Positions 33,671-48,100 of a stretch of DNA of 64,000 bases are shown in pieces. The notes beneath the pieces were generated by a model. It did no database searches. It was not told the origin of the DNA and saw only the letters and a program-made list of their open reading frames with translations. Made by a program: the position numbers and the translations under genes. The stretch is from Vicugna vicugna (lineage: Eukaryota). Location: contig MU058824.1 of the NCBI GenBank assembly GCA_013265495.1, positions 5,172,691 to 5,236,690 on the forward strand. The letters run 5' to 3'. The stretch's first letter is position 1. Each line of letters starts with the position of its first letter.

Positions 33671-35338
33671 TTAGACTTGGTTACCAGTGGGATGGGGTGA
33701 AGTACAGAGGAAGTTGAAGATGACTCCAGGGTTCCTGACTTGGGGAACTAGGTGTGTATGTTAGTGCCATTTTACTGAGATAGGTAACACAGATTTGGCA
33801 TCCAATTTAGGATGAGGGGCAATGTGTTCCATTTTAAACATTTGCATTTGAAGTTCCTGTGACAAGGAGATATTAGGCATAGGACAGTTAGCTACATGGA
33901 CCTGAAGCTTGGGAAAGCAGTCTATGGGGGAGATGTAAATTTGACAGCTAGCAGTATATACGTAGCATCTGAAACTATACAGAGGCTTAAAGATATATAC
34001 TGATATGTAACATCTGGCCCAGACAATATGGCCAGCAGTGTTTAAAAAATTTTTTTGAATGAGTAGCCAACATTGTAAAATTAGTAGATTGTACATAAAA
34101 TAATATTTCTGGCTCAAAATCTGGCAACACAGAGCTCTCATTCCCACAAAACAAAGACCATTTGGAGCTAAGTAGCAGTTGCTCCCTTAGTGGCCATGAG
34201 CTTTCCAGTTCACCATGTTCTCTTTGTTAATGCCAAGGCTAAGGGCTAGTTCCTGTTTATCATTGTGCCTATGATTTTGTTTTCTTACACTTGTCTATTT
34301 TTAGTCATTTTATTACCTGCCTGGTATTTGAGTTTGCTACCTCTGGTTGAAGAAAGTAAGTTGAGTTCTTATAGGAAATAGAGAAGGCAGTACTGAATAC
34401 CTTTTCTGTGCTAGTTAATTTACATTTATGGCAGGATAACTTACCAAGTTATTAATTGCTATCTCATAGTCATTGCCAAAAGAGACACCCAATAGTATAA
34501 AAAGGTAACTTTGCTCTCCTTTCTTCCAGGAATTCAAAGTTTCTTGTCTCATAGAATAGTTAGTGGATTTTGTGTTTTCTAGTCCCAAACTAAAGTTGCA
34601 ATACACTGTTCTACAACCGTATCCAGGCTCTTGTGTGGGAGGAGAATTTAATTTAGCTGGGTATTCTTGAGAAGGAAACAATGGAGGAGGTGGTGGGTTG
34701 AAAGAAGGGGAGTTGCCCAAGGATAGCAGTGGGTCCAGGGACTTGAGAAAAGAGATGTTGCAATAGGTTCCATGAGTGACAGAAGTCCATTAGGAGGCAA
34801 CAGGGCTTCTGATGGGGAGAGCTGATTTAATGGTTAGGGCACCAAACATCTAGTACATAGTCTTGGGAACTGCAGCAGCAGATGCTGATATATACACTTG
34901 GCAGAGAGGCTGTGGAGACACTTGCTTTTTAATGGACTGTATGGGATTAGACAATGTGTGTTCCAGTGGCAACCATGACAGACTCAAGACCCAAGGGTTT
35001 TTTGTTTGTTTGTTTGTTGTTGTTGTCAATGTATACTATGCCAAAGAGGGAAAAAGTCCTCCAATCATGATTAATACGTCTTCCAACCTTGATAGATGAA
35101 AGATTCAAACCAGGTTTAATTTAATTTAGAAAAATTAAGTAATGTGATGTTTCTTGTGCCTCAGTGTTGTTTTTAATCTTAGAACTCTTTGAGGTAGGTA
35201 TTGTTATATTCTTTCACATAGGGGAAACTGAAGCACAAAGAAATTAACATATGTTAACTATATAAAATATTATTATATCTACATATCCATAGATATATAG
35301 ATATCCCAGAAGGCAGAGTCAGGGATTGAGAATCCCCT

Positions 35339-35870
35339 TGTATTGTGAGGAATCATTTGGATACAGGTGACAGAAAATATAATCTAAGTGGTGTAAACGA
35401 ATGGGAATGTATTCACTCATCTGAACAATCCAGGAGTAGGGTTGGCTTCAGGTAATAGAATTTATGCAGGGATTCAATTTGATGTCATCAGGATTCAGTT
35501 TTCATATCTTAACTTTCTGTCTTCTGTGCTGGCTTTATTTTCAGGCTTTCTGTGGTAGCAGGTTCAAGTGAAGCTGACAATGTGGTGTTGCTATGACAAT
35601 ATTGTGCTTATGATTTCCAGATGGTCAGGTATCCATCACTGAACTACTCATTGAACTGCTCACAGGGGAATAGAATGCTGCTTCTGACAGGTCTGGGTCA
35701 CATACATACCCTTGGAATAAGGGTAGGGAGGGAGGAACACTCCACCTGTACATGGACTGAGACTGAAGAAGTGGGGGTGTGGTCATTCCTCCAGAGGACA
35801 TAGACATACTATTTCCAGAAAGGTGTATGCATGCTGACATCAAAACAAAATAGAACAGATGTCTACTACA
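35339..35870. mobile_element. Old MaLR LTR fragment (MLT1-like)
   Basis: Starts tgtatt..tttggatacaggtgacagaaaa..ctaagtgg..tccaggagtagggttggcttcagg and ends gatgtctactaca. Confidence 0.5.
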
Positions 35871-37049
35871 GCTCTTTCTAATTACCCCATTTTGTTTTCT
35901 GGCCCAGAGCCATGCCAGATCTTTTGGCACCCAAGGCTTAAGTTGAAGTGTGAATGCAGATCCTCTGAAGGTTGGGGAAGGGGCTGAATGAGGCCTAGGG
36001 CAGAGATCTTGAAGTGGGGGGAATCTATGAGAGACCCAAACATCCATGTGGACAGACTATTCAGTGACCTAGACTCTCAATTCCTAGACCTTTTCATCTC
36101 AGACTCCTTTACCTCTGTTCCAATTCAGCTATGGCCATAATCTAAAGCCTAATCATCAGGAACTACTCTGCCTTCTTAAATAATACAATCTTGTATCACC
36201 CTCTGACTTCAACCTCCAGATTTGTCCTAAAATTCCAACTCTTTAACCTTGTCAGGACGTCTAGTCAATTGACCTTTCCACTTCCTCCGGTCCATGAGCA
36301 ACCTCTTGCCTTTATTTCCTTCCTCTCCAAGATAGACTTCATGGTTAATCAGCATCCACCAACTCATTCTCCTTTCATCATTTCCACCTGTCAAAATCCC
36401 AACTCTGCCAGAACTGCCCTTTAGGAAGGCAGGACTCAGCACTATTGGATAAAAATCACACATATAGGTAAGTTGCTGCCACCATAAACTCATGGTCTAC
36501 AACTATGCCCAGCTCCACCGACACTTGAAAAGTATTTATTTGTTCATTCCACTTATTAAGTGCCTGCTATCTCACTGTTCTAAGCATTTGGGATATATGG
36601 GTGATCAAAACAGGTAAAGCTTCCTGACCATGGAGCTTACATCATTTATTCTTTAGTAAACTCACCCATCCCACTCAAAATCAATTCAAACCTTCTTTAC
36701 GTTCCTCAACTTCTCTTTCTCCCTGCACCTAGCAGATATGGCTGACTTCTACTTTTCAGAGGAACCAGAAGCCATCCTATGGGAACTTTTATCAAAACCC
36801 ATTGCCTCCGATCTTCTTCCTGCTACAGTGAAAGTTGTTCCTCTGTGAGGCCTTCCTTTACCCTCCCAAGCTAGGACGGGTACCCTTATCCTCTTCTCCC
36901 CCACCGGCACTTTCCACACTAGATTGTAACTTGTGTCTAAATTATCTGAGGGCAGGGACCTTGTCTACCCAGTTTGCTGCTTTAATCTCAGTATCTGGTG
37001 CTTAGTATCTGGTCAGAGCTCAGTACCGTCAGGGTGAATGAGTGAATGA

Positions 37050-37790
37050 ACGGGAGAGATTTCTGGCAGTGGGCTTCCTCCGGGATCTTCCTCAGGTTTC
37101 TCGGAGTCTGCCTCGGGGCAATACCTCAGGACGCTGAAGTAAGCATCCTTGAGACTAGAGTTCACAGCCAAGATTCAGGCCGGTTTTTTCGGACGCCCCA
37201 GGGCCCTTTCCGCTACAGGACTCCCTGATCTGCGGGGCCTCTGAGTGGGACGGCTGCTCCCAGCACCTGCGGCTGAGCCCGCCGGCGTCGACGCGCTGCC
37301 GTGGCTTCCGCCCCCTAAGCGGCTCAACTCTCCAGTAGTTTTTCTCCCTTTCCCTCCGCCTTACCTCTCCCTTTCCCTACCCTCTCTCTCTTCTCCTGCC
37401 TCCTTCCTCTTCCCGCCTACCCCAGAGGGATGCGGAGTTAAGAGCCGGGCCAGCAACCCACACGGGTTTGTCCACTCACCCTGAGGTCCCCAGTGTCCTG
37501 AAAATGTCAGGACTGGTCAGGACAGTGAGAGCTGACGGAGACGCCCCTCCGGGAGGGCCCAGCGTCCTCGGGAGGGCGATGCTGTCTGTCCTGGAGCAGC
37601 TGTCGCGAGGGTGGGGGGGATGCAGGGAACGGCGAGGCCGCGGGGCGGGGGCAGTGGGAGCCCCGCACTGGCCCGTAGGCGCCGAGTGTCAGTGGGCGGA
37701 GGTCAGTCTTGAGGGGCAGAGGCCGGCTGTGGTGAGGCCTCGAGCTGCCAGGCCAGGCCGCAGGCTTCTAGAAGGGAGGGAAACCCAAGA
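37050..37790. promoter_or_regulatory. Orphan CpG island with GC boxes and splice donors on both strands
   Basis: CpG-dense against a CpG-poor background. GGGGCGGGG at ~37642 and GGGCGG at ~37694; minus-strand donor CAGG|GTGAGT at 37479, plus-strand donor GTG|GTGAGG at 37732. No recognisable coding sequence. Confidence 0.6.
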
Positions 37791-38249
37791 TAACATCTTC
37801 AAATCTCAGGTGTTGGTGGTACTTTATTAGGGGACTACGATGTGTCAGGTCCTGTGTTTGATAGGAACTCTAGCTGTATTTCCAGTAGAGGTAAGAGGAA
37901 GTGTTGCTGGTTTGTTTTTTGTTTGTTTGTTTGTTTGTTTTTTAGTTCTTCCCGTTATCGTAGTATTATATACTGAATTTAGAATATATGAAAAAAGTAG
38001 AAGGAAGAATCCCATTGACTTCCAACCTCAAAATAATTTCCATAGCAGTTTGACATCTTTCTTTCCAGACTTGGCTATTCATATTTTTACATTGTTTAAA
38101 TAAATGTAGGTTTTTGTAAGGTAGGTAAATGGTTAATATTTTAGCATAAGCCTTTTCTAAACACCATAAACTCTTCTAAATATCATTTTTGATGACTGTG
38201 TTATTCTCTGAAGTAGAGTCTCTGAAGTAGTGAATTAGCACTGACTTCT

Positions 38250-39050
38250 GTGAGCTTCATTTTCAGAAATTCCAGTTGCTTGCTAAACATCCCCAAGCTT
38301 GATTTCCCACAGGTATCCCAGGCTTAACATCTTTATAATTTAGGTCATTTTCTTTTTCTGTCCCAACGTGCTCTTCCTGTTGTATTCCCCAAAGCAATTA
38401 GTATTGCCTAGTCACCCAGGCAAGAAACATAGGGGCCATTCCACACTGTTCCCTCTTCATCTTTCCTATTAGTCATCAGTCACCAACTTTTGCTAAATAG
38501 CTGCTGTTTCTCTAATCTATCTCTCTTCCCCATTGCTACTGTCACCCTAGTAGTTCAGGCCCTCATCATTTCTCCTGTAAACTGTGCGGTAGCCTCCTAG
38601 CTGATCTCCATTCCTCCAGCTTGGACATCTTAAATCCTTTTCCTTCACTACTGCCAATGCAATCTGCCTAAAACAAAAATGTTCATGATACTACCCTCCT
38701 TAAAACCCTTCAGTGCGGTCATACTTTCTGCATGGTATAGAGAACCCTCCAGATGCAGATCTTTCTCTATTTCTTTGATTTCTCTTGCCATTACCTGCTG
38801 GCATTTGTTATTCTAGTAATAGAGGAATGCTTGTAGTCCCCCATACTGTTCATTGCTTCCATATCTTTGCTGTTCATGATTTTGATTTCTCTGTCTGGAT
38901 TGCCCTCATCACTTTTTTCCACCTGGCTAATTCTTAATTGTCCTTCTATCTTAATTCAGGCATCATCTCCTCAGGAAATCTACCCTGAAGGTCTAGGTTG
39001 GGCTAAATGTCTCTTCTTTATGCTCTACTTAGTGATTATCTCTGTCTTTT
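38250..39050 (-). mobile_element. LINE-2 fragment
   Basis: ccagttgcttgctaaacatcc, tagttcaggccctcatcatttctc, agcctcctagctgatctcc and cctccttaaaacccttcagtg are antisense L2 motifs. Confidence 0.7.
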
Positions 39051-39789
39051 AGGTTAAAACATCTTTTAAAACACTTTAAATCTATTTACTTTATATATAA
39101 TTACTTAAAATTTTATTATCAGCAGTCTGAGCATGTCTTATTTTTCAATTTGCAGTCTTTCAAGATTCTTGATTATAGAGGTCTGTTTCCTTGTATGTTT
39201 GATATATGTTTGTAGGAGCTCACATTTGGTTAAACCTTAACTTTGTGAATCCTGAAGGGACTGGATTGAGATGATTTGTCTTGGTTTTTCCTAGGTGCTA
39301 AAAGATTCTACCAACCTGGAACTGTTGTTTCTGCTTATTTCTTGGATTGAGATTTCTCAGACTGTGAGTATAGTATAAATTCAAGTCACAGGTCTTTCTG
39401 AGCTTCGGGCTATGATTATAAATTATAAGGAAAACTTACTCAAATAAATGTTAGTTTTTCTACTGTTTTGCTATTTTGTCTGTTTCTCAAATCTGTCTCT
39501 ACTCCCCATTCTTAGTGTCACCAGAGACAGATTGTTTTTTGTTGTTGTTATTGCTTCTTGTTTCCAGTATGCAGATTTTTCTGTTCATGTCTTCAAGATA
39601 TAGCCCTTTTGGTTGCCTGGCTTTAGGTGCAGTTCTTAGATTCAGCTCCCCTACTTTGTCAAGTCTAAATACTCTTCCTCTGTGGGGCTGATAACCAGCA
39701 AAGCTTTAGGTTTCTGGGTTGGGCATGTTTTTAGGGCAGCCCTGGTGTCTGTGTTGGCTTTCCATCTAATTTTGACTCTAGAATTTCTT

Positions 39790-39987
39790 TGTTCCTCCTT
39801 TCCTCTCTCCCTGTTCCCCTTCCTCCAATCCCCTTTCTTTTTTTCTCTTCCTCCCTTCCTCCCTGCCTCTTTCTTTTCTTTCTTTCTGTCTTCTTTCCTC
39901 CTTCTTTCTTTTTGTCTTCCTTCCTTTCTTCCTTTTTCTTTCTTTCTTTTTCTTTCTTCCTTCCTTCCTTCCTTCCTTCCTTTCTTC

Positions 39988-40038
<51 letters not shown>

Positions 40039-40095
40039 TCCTGCTTGCTTGCTTGCTTGCTCTCTCTTTCTCTCTCTCTCTTCTTTCTTTCTTTT
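39790..40095. repeat. Pyrimidine-rich (CTTT)n/(CTTC)n/(CTTG)n microsatellite array
   Basis: Directly visible ~300-nt C/T tract with tetranucleotide repeats. Confidence 0.95.
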
Positions 40096-41559
40096 GAGAG
40101 CTTCCCTTACTTTCCTGTAAGCTCTGCAACGCCTGTAAAAGTGTATTTGCTCTAGTTTAACCAGGATTTAGATGTTTTGCAGTAGAAGGGTATTTCATAA
40201 TATTTAGCCTTGTTAAATTACTAGAAATAGAAATCATAAACTTCATTTAAAAAATTGGATTCTATTTCAAACTTACTTGCAGATTTTTACCATGGAATTG
40301 CTGTGAAATACTTGTTTGATTTTTTTTTTTTGGTCATTAAAAAAATTTCTTTTTTTAAATCAGAGTAATGTATGCACATTGTTTTAAAAGTCAGGTAGTA
40401 ATTTATGTCTTTTAACAAAAGCAGGTATTTTTCTCCCACTTTTTTCTAATGCAAGTTATGCTTTCCAGAGGTAACCACTTTGAGTTCTTTTGGCTATTTT
40501 CTTTTTTTTTTTTTTGTATTGTTGACATCCTTATTTTTAAAAAATATACTTTTACCAATATTTCTCGATTTATTAATTTTAGACAGTATATATTGGTTTC
40601 TAACTATGGAAGATGAAGGCTAGGCTTTCATAGTCATCTCCATTTTTCTTCCACCGTACTACTAATAGAGTTAAAATTTTTGGTTAAATCAGTGTTCAAT
40701 ATTTTTTTAGACTGTATAAATATAATTTACAGTGTGTCAAACAGTATACCTCTATTGTGTTTCCTTTTTTATACAACTTTTTGTTTTTCCAGTATTCAGT
40801 TTTCTCATTATCTGGTTTTCTGTATACCTGTAGTCTCTCTCAAGCCTGCTTATCACATAGCTGAAAATCATCAAATAATCATTTACAGTTCTTTGCTTCA
40901 TGCCCTATCTCCACTTTCTGGGTCTGTTTGAGGTTTGTAGGGTGAATTGATTTACCCTGTTCTCTTCTGCAGGTACTTAACTTGGTAGTTACTTTGCTTT
41001 GCTAAGTCAGTTACCACTCCTCCATTTGATATCCATCTGCTACAAGTTTGTTGGCATCTTCTGTTTTATTTAAAACTTTTTTTTTATTTTTAAATTTTTA
41101 ATTCTTTGTTGAAATCTTTTATATATCCCCTCTCATTCCTGTCATTTTTAATAGTTTATTTTGTTTTTCCTTTGCTTTTAATGGAATTTTGGGTGAGAGA
41201 GGAGATAAACAAGTATCTTTGATCCACCATGTTTAACTAGAATGCAAACACTTAATTTTAATTAATTAATTAATTATTTTTATTGAGGTAACATTGGTTT
41301 ATAACATTATGTAAGTTTCATGTGTAGAACATTATATTTCTACCTCATGCTCACAATAAAAAATTTAATTTCTGTTCATCACTGTGCAGTTGATCCCCTT
41401 TACCCATTTTGCTGTCCTCCCTGCCCCTGACCCTCTGATAACCACTACTGTGTTCTTGGCATCTTTGTGTTTATTTTTGTTTGATTTTGTTTGTTCATTT
41501 ATTTTATTTTTATTTTTAATATTTCACATATGAGTTAAATCATCCTTATTTGACTTTCT

Positions 41560-42240
41560 CCTTCCAAACCTTTATTTTAAATGTGTGACAGCACATGATC
41601 CATTTTCTCATCAATGTTTTAAAGTATTTGTATAGAAATCTCAAGTTTTTAAACAACATATATAGTTGTTTCTTTATATATTTTTTGACATGTGATAGTT
41701 ACTGTGCCATTATTGTGCATATAATATTTTGTATAATGTTGTACACTAAAATTCCCTTTGTCAGATAATTTCCTTTATGTTGTGTGAAGGAAATTCACTT
41801 GAATGAATCCTCATAGTTGACAACAGAGTGAGACCCAGTGCTTAATGAGATTAATCACCAATGCTGCAGAAGTCTGTTGTGAAAAAGTGTGTTTCTGGGT
41901 GCTAAACACCAAAAAAATACTCCACAGTAGAGAAGAATGAAAAAGCTGTTGGTTGTGTAAAAAATTTTCACAGATAGTAAAATGGACAATATTAAGAGAC
42001 ATTTGACAAATATTAGGAGACATTAAGAACAAATTTTATAAGAAGTTTCCTTTTAACAGTCATTTCAACATATAAGCAATATGAACAAATTATTACTGAG
42101 ACATCTTTCATCCTTTTTTGGTACTATCTTCAAATCCAGTGTATACTTTACACTTACAGCACATCTCAGTTCAGACTAGCCATACTTCAAAGTGCTTTAG
42201 CCACATGTGACTAGTGGCTACCATATGTGACAACATAGGA
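41560..42240. mobile_element. hAT-Charlie DNA transposon remnant (Charlie1/MER3/MER33-like end)
   Basis: Terminal region caaatccagtgtatactttacacttacagcacatctcagttcagactagcc..agccacatgtgactagtggctaccatat matches recalled Charlie1/MER3-type ends. Confidence 0.65.
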
Positions 42241-42974
42241 TTAAATTATGAAGACAGTTCAAGATACTTGGAGGAGAACAATCTTTCAACAACCATTCAT
42301 CAGTGACCTTACCTTCTCAGGTATCTCTGGATCAAGAGTTTCCTTTGTGATTGAACTGATCTGGAGAACAATGCTGAAATGCTGGAGTCTAAGCTCTATA
42401 CCCAGAGGACAAATTCCTATCGAATGGAAAGTTCATGAACCTGTTGTTCTGAGATTATTTACCCTTTTTGGTAAGGACTACTGACTAAAAATCAATTGAG
42501 GATCACATACAGAAAACATTTATTTAATATTTTCAAAGAAGAACAAATAGAAAATACTTCAATTATTTAAAAATGATTTCTGGGTAAGAACCCAGGATTT
42601 CATTAATTCCATGTAGAAAATAATATTATTCATATATAATGAATGTCTGCAAATTGCCTAGAGAGAGAAGAGTAAGAAGTGAGTCCAAACCCCTTCCTTT
42701 TTTGTTTTCAGCATCAGTGCAGAGGGAAGAAGACGAACAGAGAGGGAGCATTTGGTAGGTAAGTGTTAAACCTTAACATCTCCTTTCCATGAGACCCAGG
42801 TCCACATCCACAGTCTCTAAGGGCGTCAGCCACTGGAGCTCATCCCTCTTAGAAAACAAAGGCCTCAGCAGGGAGAGTCAGAGGAAGGAGTCAGATCCGA
42901 GAACGCTTCCCCAGTCTCCTGCTCAGCCCATCCACAGGAGTGGAAGAACGGTGGAGCTGGCCAGTGGGTCTTGC

Positions 42975-42988
42975 CCACCAGGTGGCAG
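42975..42988 (+). promoter_or_regulatory. CTCF-like binding motif
   Basis: CCACCAGGTGGCAG matches the CTCF core consensus. Confidence 0.5.
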
Positions 42989-44559
42989 TGTGAGACACCG
43001 TGGAACAGATACCTGGAGGCCGAACTTTTGGGTCCTGATTTGGGACAAATTGTTTCACGTTTTTAAGGTTCAGATTCCTCCTTGAGATATACTTGACCTT
43101 CATCCCTCACAGCGTGGTTATGAGGATCAGATGGGATAAAGTATAAAACGCTATTCCAGACTTGAGCCTGTCTGTTGTCAGTGACTATTTGACCGTGTGT
43201 ACTAATGCTTAGGGTCTTAGAGTCTAGTCTCCCAAGGGCCTCCCCCAGAGGACAGTTTTGCTAAGCCTCCTGTAAGAGCCTTTGCTCCTACCTTCACCGC
43301 ACGTGACTGAGTCTCCTGGTTTTCCGGCTGGGAGAGCTCGCCAGAAAGCAGCTCATGTAACGTGGGACCTGCTTGCTCTTCGGAAAAGCAGATATTTAAT
43401 TAATCTCTTCTCCCTCTTTCCTGTCCTCCTCTTCCTAGCATGGCTTATGTGATTCCAGGTCCCAATGCAACTGAGGCTGACATGGTAGGATAAACCTACA
43501 GGGAAGGGAATGTGAAAGAAAGCCCCTGCTTGCAGAATAAAAGAGGTATCATGAAGTCAGTGACGTGGGGAAATGTGACTCCTACCAGGCCTACTGGGCC
43601 CTCCTATCCCCATTACGCTCCTGACTGTATTTTGTATGTCCTGTCTTTTGCAGCCAGCTGGCATGCTTTTTTTTTTTTGGGTAGAGTGGGGGCAGCTTCT
43701 TCATGAGAGCTGTTTGTAGCAAGATCCCTGCTGGGAGGATCATGAGAAGAGTGACTGTAGAAATTGATCTTTTGATGTTTGGGGAGGCTGGGGAAGGTGC
43801 CCTCTTTGTGTCCCACTGGCTTCCACAGGTTCTCTGCCTGAGCCACTCCTTCTTGCTCTGGCCTCCCCATTCTCACCAGACCCTTTAGAAAACCAATTAA
43901 GAGCCCTCTCATACTGTCCTATTTATCACCCAGTCAGCCTGAGAACCTACAGAGGCCCATCTTCCCATGCCATACCTACCTTAGCTTTCTTCATTAGCTT
44001 TCTTCCTTTAATTTTACCCCAACATTTTAGTGGGCCCCAGCTTTATGTCACTCTTTTCATTCACATCACTGGCTTTCTTTCTTCCATTAGAAGTCACTCT
44101 GCAATTTGCCCCCATATTTTCACTGACCTATTTTTTTCATTCCCTGATAGCTTTATCTCCTCCATCTCTGGAGCTCTCCTTGCCACTGGTCTCTCTCTTT
44201 TCCTTTTTATTCACTTAATCTTTGACCCCACCCCTAACTTTCATCTTTGTTCAGGATCTCTGCTACTAGACCCTACCTCCCCACAAATTCTCCAGACTGG
44301 GTCTCTCTTTATGACCAGTCTTTTTATTACTCTCACCACCATGTGTCTTTTGGCCACCAGCCCTTTTTGCCACTGAATCCCACTTTCTTATTGGATTGTC
44401 TTTTACCTGTAACATTTGCCTTTCCCCTTCTTCCTTCAGAGCACACTCAGATCCTATTCTCTAGCTAGACTTTGTGTCTGGACCATTTCACCTCACCTGA
44501 CTCCACCTTTTCTTAGGATATCAACCTCTTATGCCCTTATGCATGGATCCCTCTTACTC

Positions 44560-45119
44560 ATTTTTAAAAATTTCTAAAAATTGAGAAGTAATCCCCATAC
44601 TTTAGAATTCAGCCCTTTATCTATTTATTTATTTATTTATATTGAATTTTAATTGATTTACAATGTTGTGTTAGTTTCTGGTGTACAGCATAGTGTACAT
44701 TTAGTTATACATTTATGTATTCTTTTTCATTATAGATTATTACAAGATACTGAATGTAGTTCCTTGTACTATATATTAGGCCCTAGTTGTTTATCTATTT
44801 TATATATAGTAGTTTGTATCTGCTAATCCCAAACTCCTGGTTTATCCATCTCTCCCCCTTTCCTCTTTGGTAACCATAAGTTTGTTTTCTATGTCTGTGA
44901 GTCTCTTTGTTTTGTAAGTAAGTTCATTTGTGTCTTTTTTTTAAAGATTCGTATATAAGTGGTATCATATATTTATCTTTCTCTGTCTGACTTACTTCAC
45001 TTAGTATGACCATCTCTAGGTCCACCCATGTTGCTGCAAATGGCATTATTTCATTCTTTTTTATGGTTGAGTAGTATTCTATTATCTATCTATCTATCTC
45101 TATCTATCTACCTATCTAC

Positions 45120-45174
<55 letters not shown>

Positions 45175-48100
45175 CTTTATCCAAGATATACATCACATCA
45201 TCTTTATCCAGTCATCTGTCAATGGACATTTCGGTTGTTTCCATATCTTGGCTATTGTAAATACTGCTGCTGTGAACATTGGGGTACATGTGTCTGTTCA
45301 AATTAGAATTTTCTCTAGATAAATGTCCAGGAGTGGGATTGCTGGATCTTGTGGTAGCTCTATTTTAGTTTCTTAAGGAATCTCCATACTATTCTCCATA
45401 GTGGCTGCACCAAATTACATTCCCACCAACACTGTAGGAGAGTTCCCTTTTCTCCACATCTTCTCCAGCATTTATCATTTGTGGACTTTTTAATGATGGT
45501 TATACTGACCAGTGTGAGGTGATACCTCATTGTAGTTTTGATTTACATTTCTCTGATAGAATTCACCTCTTATAGTATACAATTCAGTAGTTTTTAGGGT
45601 ATTCTCAAGGTTGTGCAAATCATCACCCTATCTAATTCCAAAACATTTTTATCATCTCAGTAAGAGGTGTGCCCATTAATACACTCCTCATTCCTCTCTT
45701 CTCTCAGCCCCTGGCAACCATTAATATAGTTTCTGGGTAGATTGTCTCTATAGATGTGCCTGTTCTGGATATCTCATATAAATGGAATATGTAATTGAAC
45801 TTTTGCATCTAGCTTCTTTCACATAGTATAAGATTTTGAAAGTTTATTCTTGTTGTAGCATGTACCAGTACCTCATTCCTTTTTAATGGCTGAATAATAT
45901 TCCATTGTATGAATACACCACTTTTTGTTTTTCAGTTTGTCTGTTGGTGGGCATATGAGTTATTTTAATCTTTTGGTTATTATGAACAGTGCTGGTATAA
46001 ACATTTGTATATAAGTTTTTATGGGAATATGTTTTCATTTCTCTTGGGTATGTACCTTGGAGTGAGATTGTTGGGTCTATGATAATTCTGTTTGAATTTT
46101 TGAAGAACCACGAAACTATTTTCTAAGTAACTGCACCATTTTACATTTCCCAGCAATGTATAATTGTTCCCTAGTGACTAATGATGTTGACATCTTCTCA
46201 TGTGGTTTTTTTGCCATTTAAGTATCTTATACTTTGGCAAAATTTCTATTCAAGTCTTTTGTCTATTTTAAAACTGGGTAGATTGTCTTTTTGTTTTGAG
46301 TTATAAGAGTATTTTATATATTCTGGATACCAAACCCTTATAAATATATGATTTGTGAATACTTTCTCCCATTCTTTGAGTAATCTTTTCACTCTCTTAT
46401 AGTGCCTTTTAAAGCACAAAAGTTTTTAATTTTGATGAAGTCCAATTTTTCTATTTTTCCTCTGGTTGCTCACATATTTGGTGTCATATCTAAGAATCCA
46501 TTGCCAAATACAAGATCATGAAGATTTACTCCTGTGTTTTCCTCTAAAAGTTTTGTGGCTTTAGCTCTTATACCTAGGTCTTTGATCCATTTTTGTGTCA
46601 TTGTTGTTTCTTTTAAATCAATTAATTTTTATTGAGAGATAATTGACACATAACACTGTATTAGTTTTAGGTGTAGACTTCATTGTTTTTAGTGTGATAA
46701 AATACATATAGCATAATATTTTTCATTTTAACCATTTGTAAGTGTACAACTCAGATTTAGGCATTAGATACATTCATAATGTTGTATAATCATCACCACT
46801 ATCTATTCCTAAAATTTTTTCATCATTCCCAACATAAATTCTATACCCATTAAATAATAACTCCCTCCCCCAACCCCAGGTCCTGGTAACCTCTATTCTC
46901 CTTTCTGTCCCTATAGATTTGCCTACTCTAGGTACCTCATGTAAGTGGATTCATACAATATTTGTCCTGCTGTGTCTAGTTAATTTCGCTTAGCCTAATG
47001 TTTTTCAGATTTATCCATGTTGTAGCATATATAAAAATTTTCACTTCTTGGCTGATTTATATTCCATTGAATGTAAATACTGCATTTTGTTTATCCAGTC
47101 ATTTGTTGATGGACACTTGGGTTGTTTGCATCTTTGGCTTTTGTGAATAATGCTGCTATGCACATTGGTGTACAAATATATGTTCAAGTTCCTGCTTTCA
47201 ATTCTTTTGGATATTTGGTAGAATTGTTGGATGATATGGTTGTTCCACTAAACTGTTCTCCACAGTGTCTGCACTATTTTACATTCCCATCAGCAATGCA
47301 CAAGGGTTCTGATTTCTCCATATCCTTGTAAACACTTCTTATTTTCTGTTTTTTTAATTATAGCCATCTTAATAGGTAGAAGTGGTATCTGACTGTGGTT
47401 TTGATTTGCATCTCCCTCAATGCTAATGAAGTTGAGCATCTTTTCATGTGCTTATTGGCTATTTGTGTATCTTCTTTGGAGAAATGTCTATTTAAGTCCT
47501 TATGTTTGATTTAGGTTATTTGCTTTTTTTTGTTGAGTTGTTTTTATATTCTAGATACTAATCTCTTATTAGATTTATAATTTGCAAATATTTTTCCCAT
47601 TCTTTTCACTTTCTTGATAGTGTCCTATGATGCATAGAAATTTTTAATTTTTATGAAGTTTAATTATCTATTTTTTTCTCTTGTTTCCTGTACTTTTGGT
47701 GTCATACCCATGAAATTGTTTACAAATCCAATGTCATAAAGTTTTTTCCCTGTGTTTTCTCCCTAAAGTTTTATAGTTTTAGCTCTTAAGTTTAGGTCTT
47801 TGATCCATTTTGAGTTAATTTTTACATGTAATGTAAATGTTCAGTTTTTTCAACACCACTTGTTGAAAAGATGGTTCTTCCCCCATTGAATGGTATTGGA
47901 ACCCTTTTAAAAAATCAATTAACATTATGCATGAGGGTTTATTTTTGGGTTCTTTATTCTATTGCATTTGTCTGTATGTTTATCCATATGTTAGTACCAT
48001 ACTGTTTTAATTAGTGTAGTTTTGTGGTAAGTTTTGAAGTCAGAAAGTGTGAGTCCTTCTACTTTATTCTTTTGCAAGATTGTTCTGGCTACTGGGGACT

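Noticed and set aside
39682..40155. ORFs of 102-157 aa rich in F/L/S or K/E/R on both strands
   Set aside because: They are translations of the (CTTT)n microsatellite, not genes.
42248..42484. Possible KRAB-like or SPATA31 exon-1 coding segment
   Set aside because: Translation shows no convincing match to either in any frame; kept only as a candidate non-coding exon.
46200..47820. Apparent direct repeat (taggtctttgatccatttt at ~46575 and ~47793)
   Set aside because: Explained by two separate L1 3' regions containing the same homologous segment.
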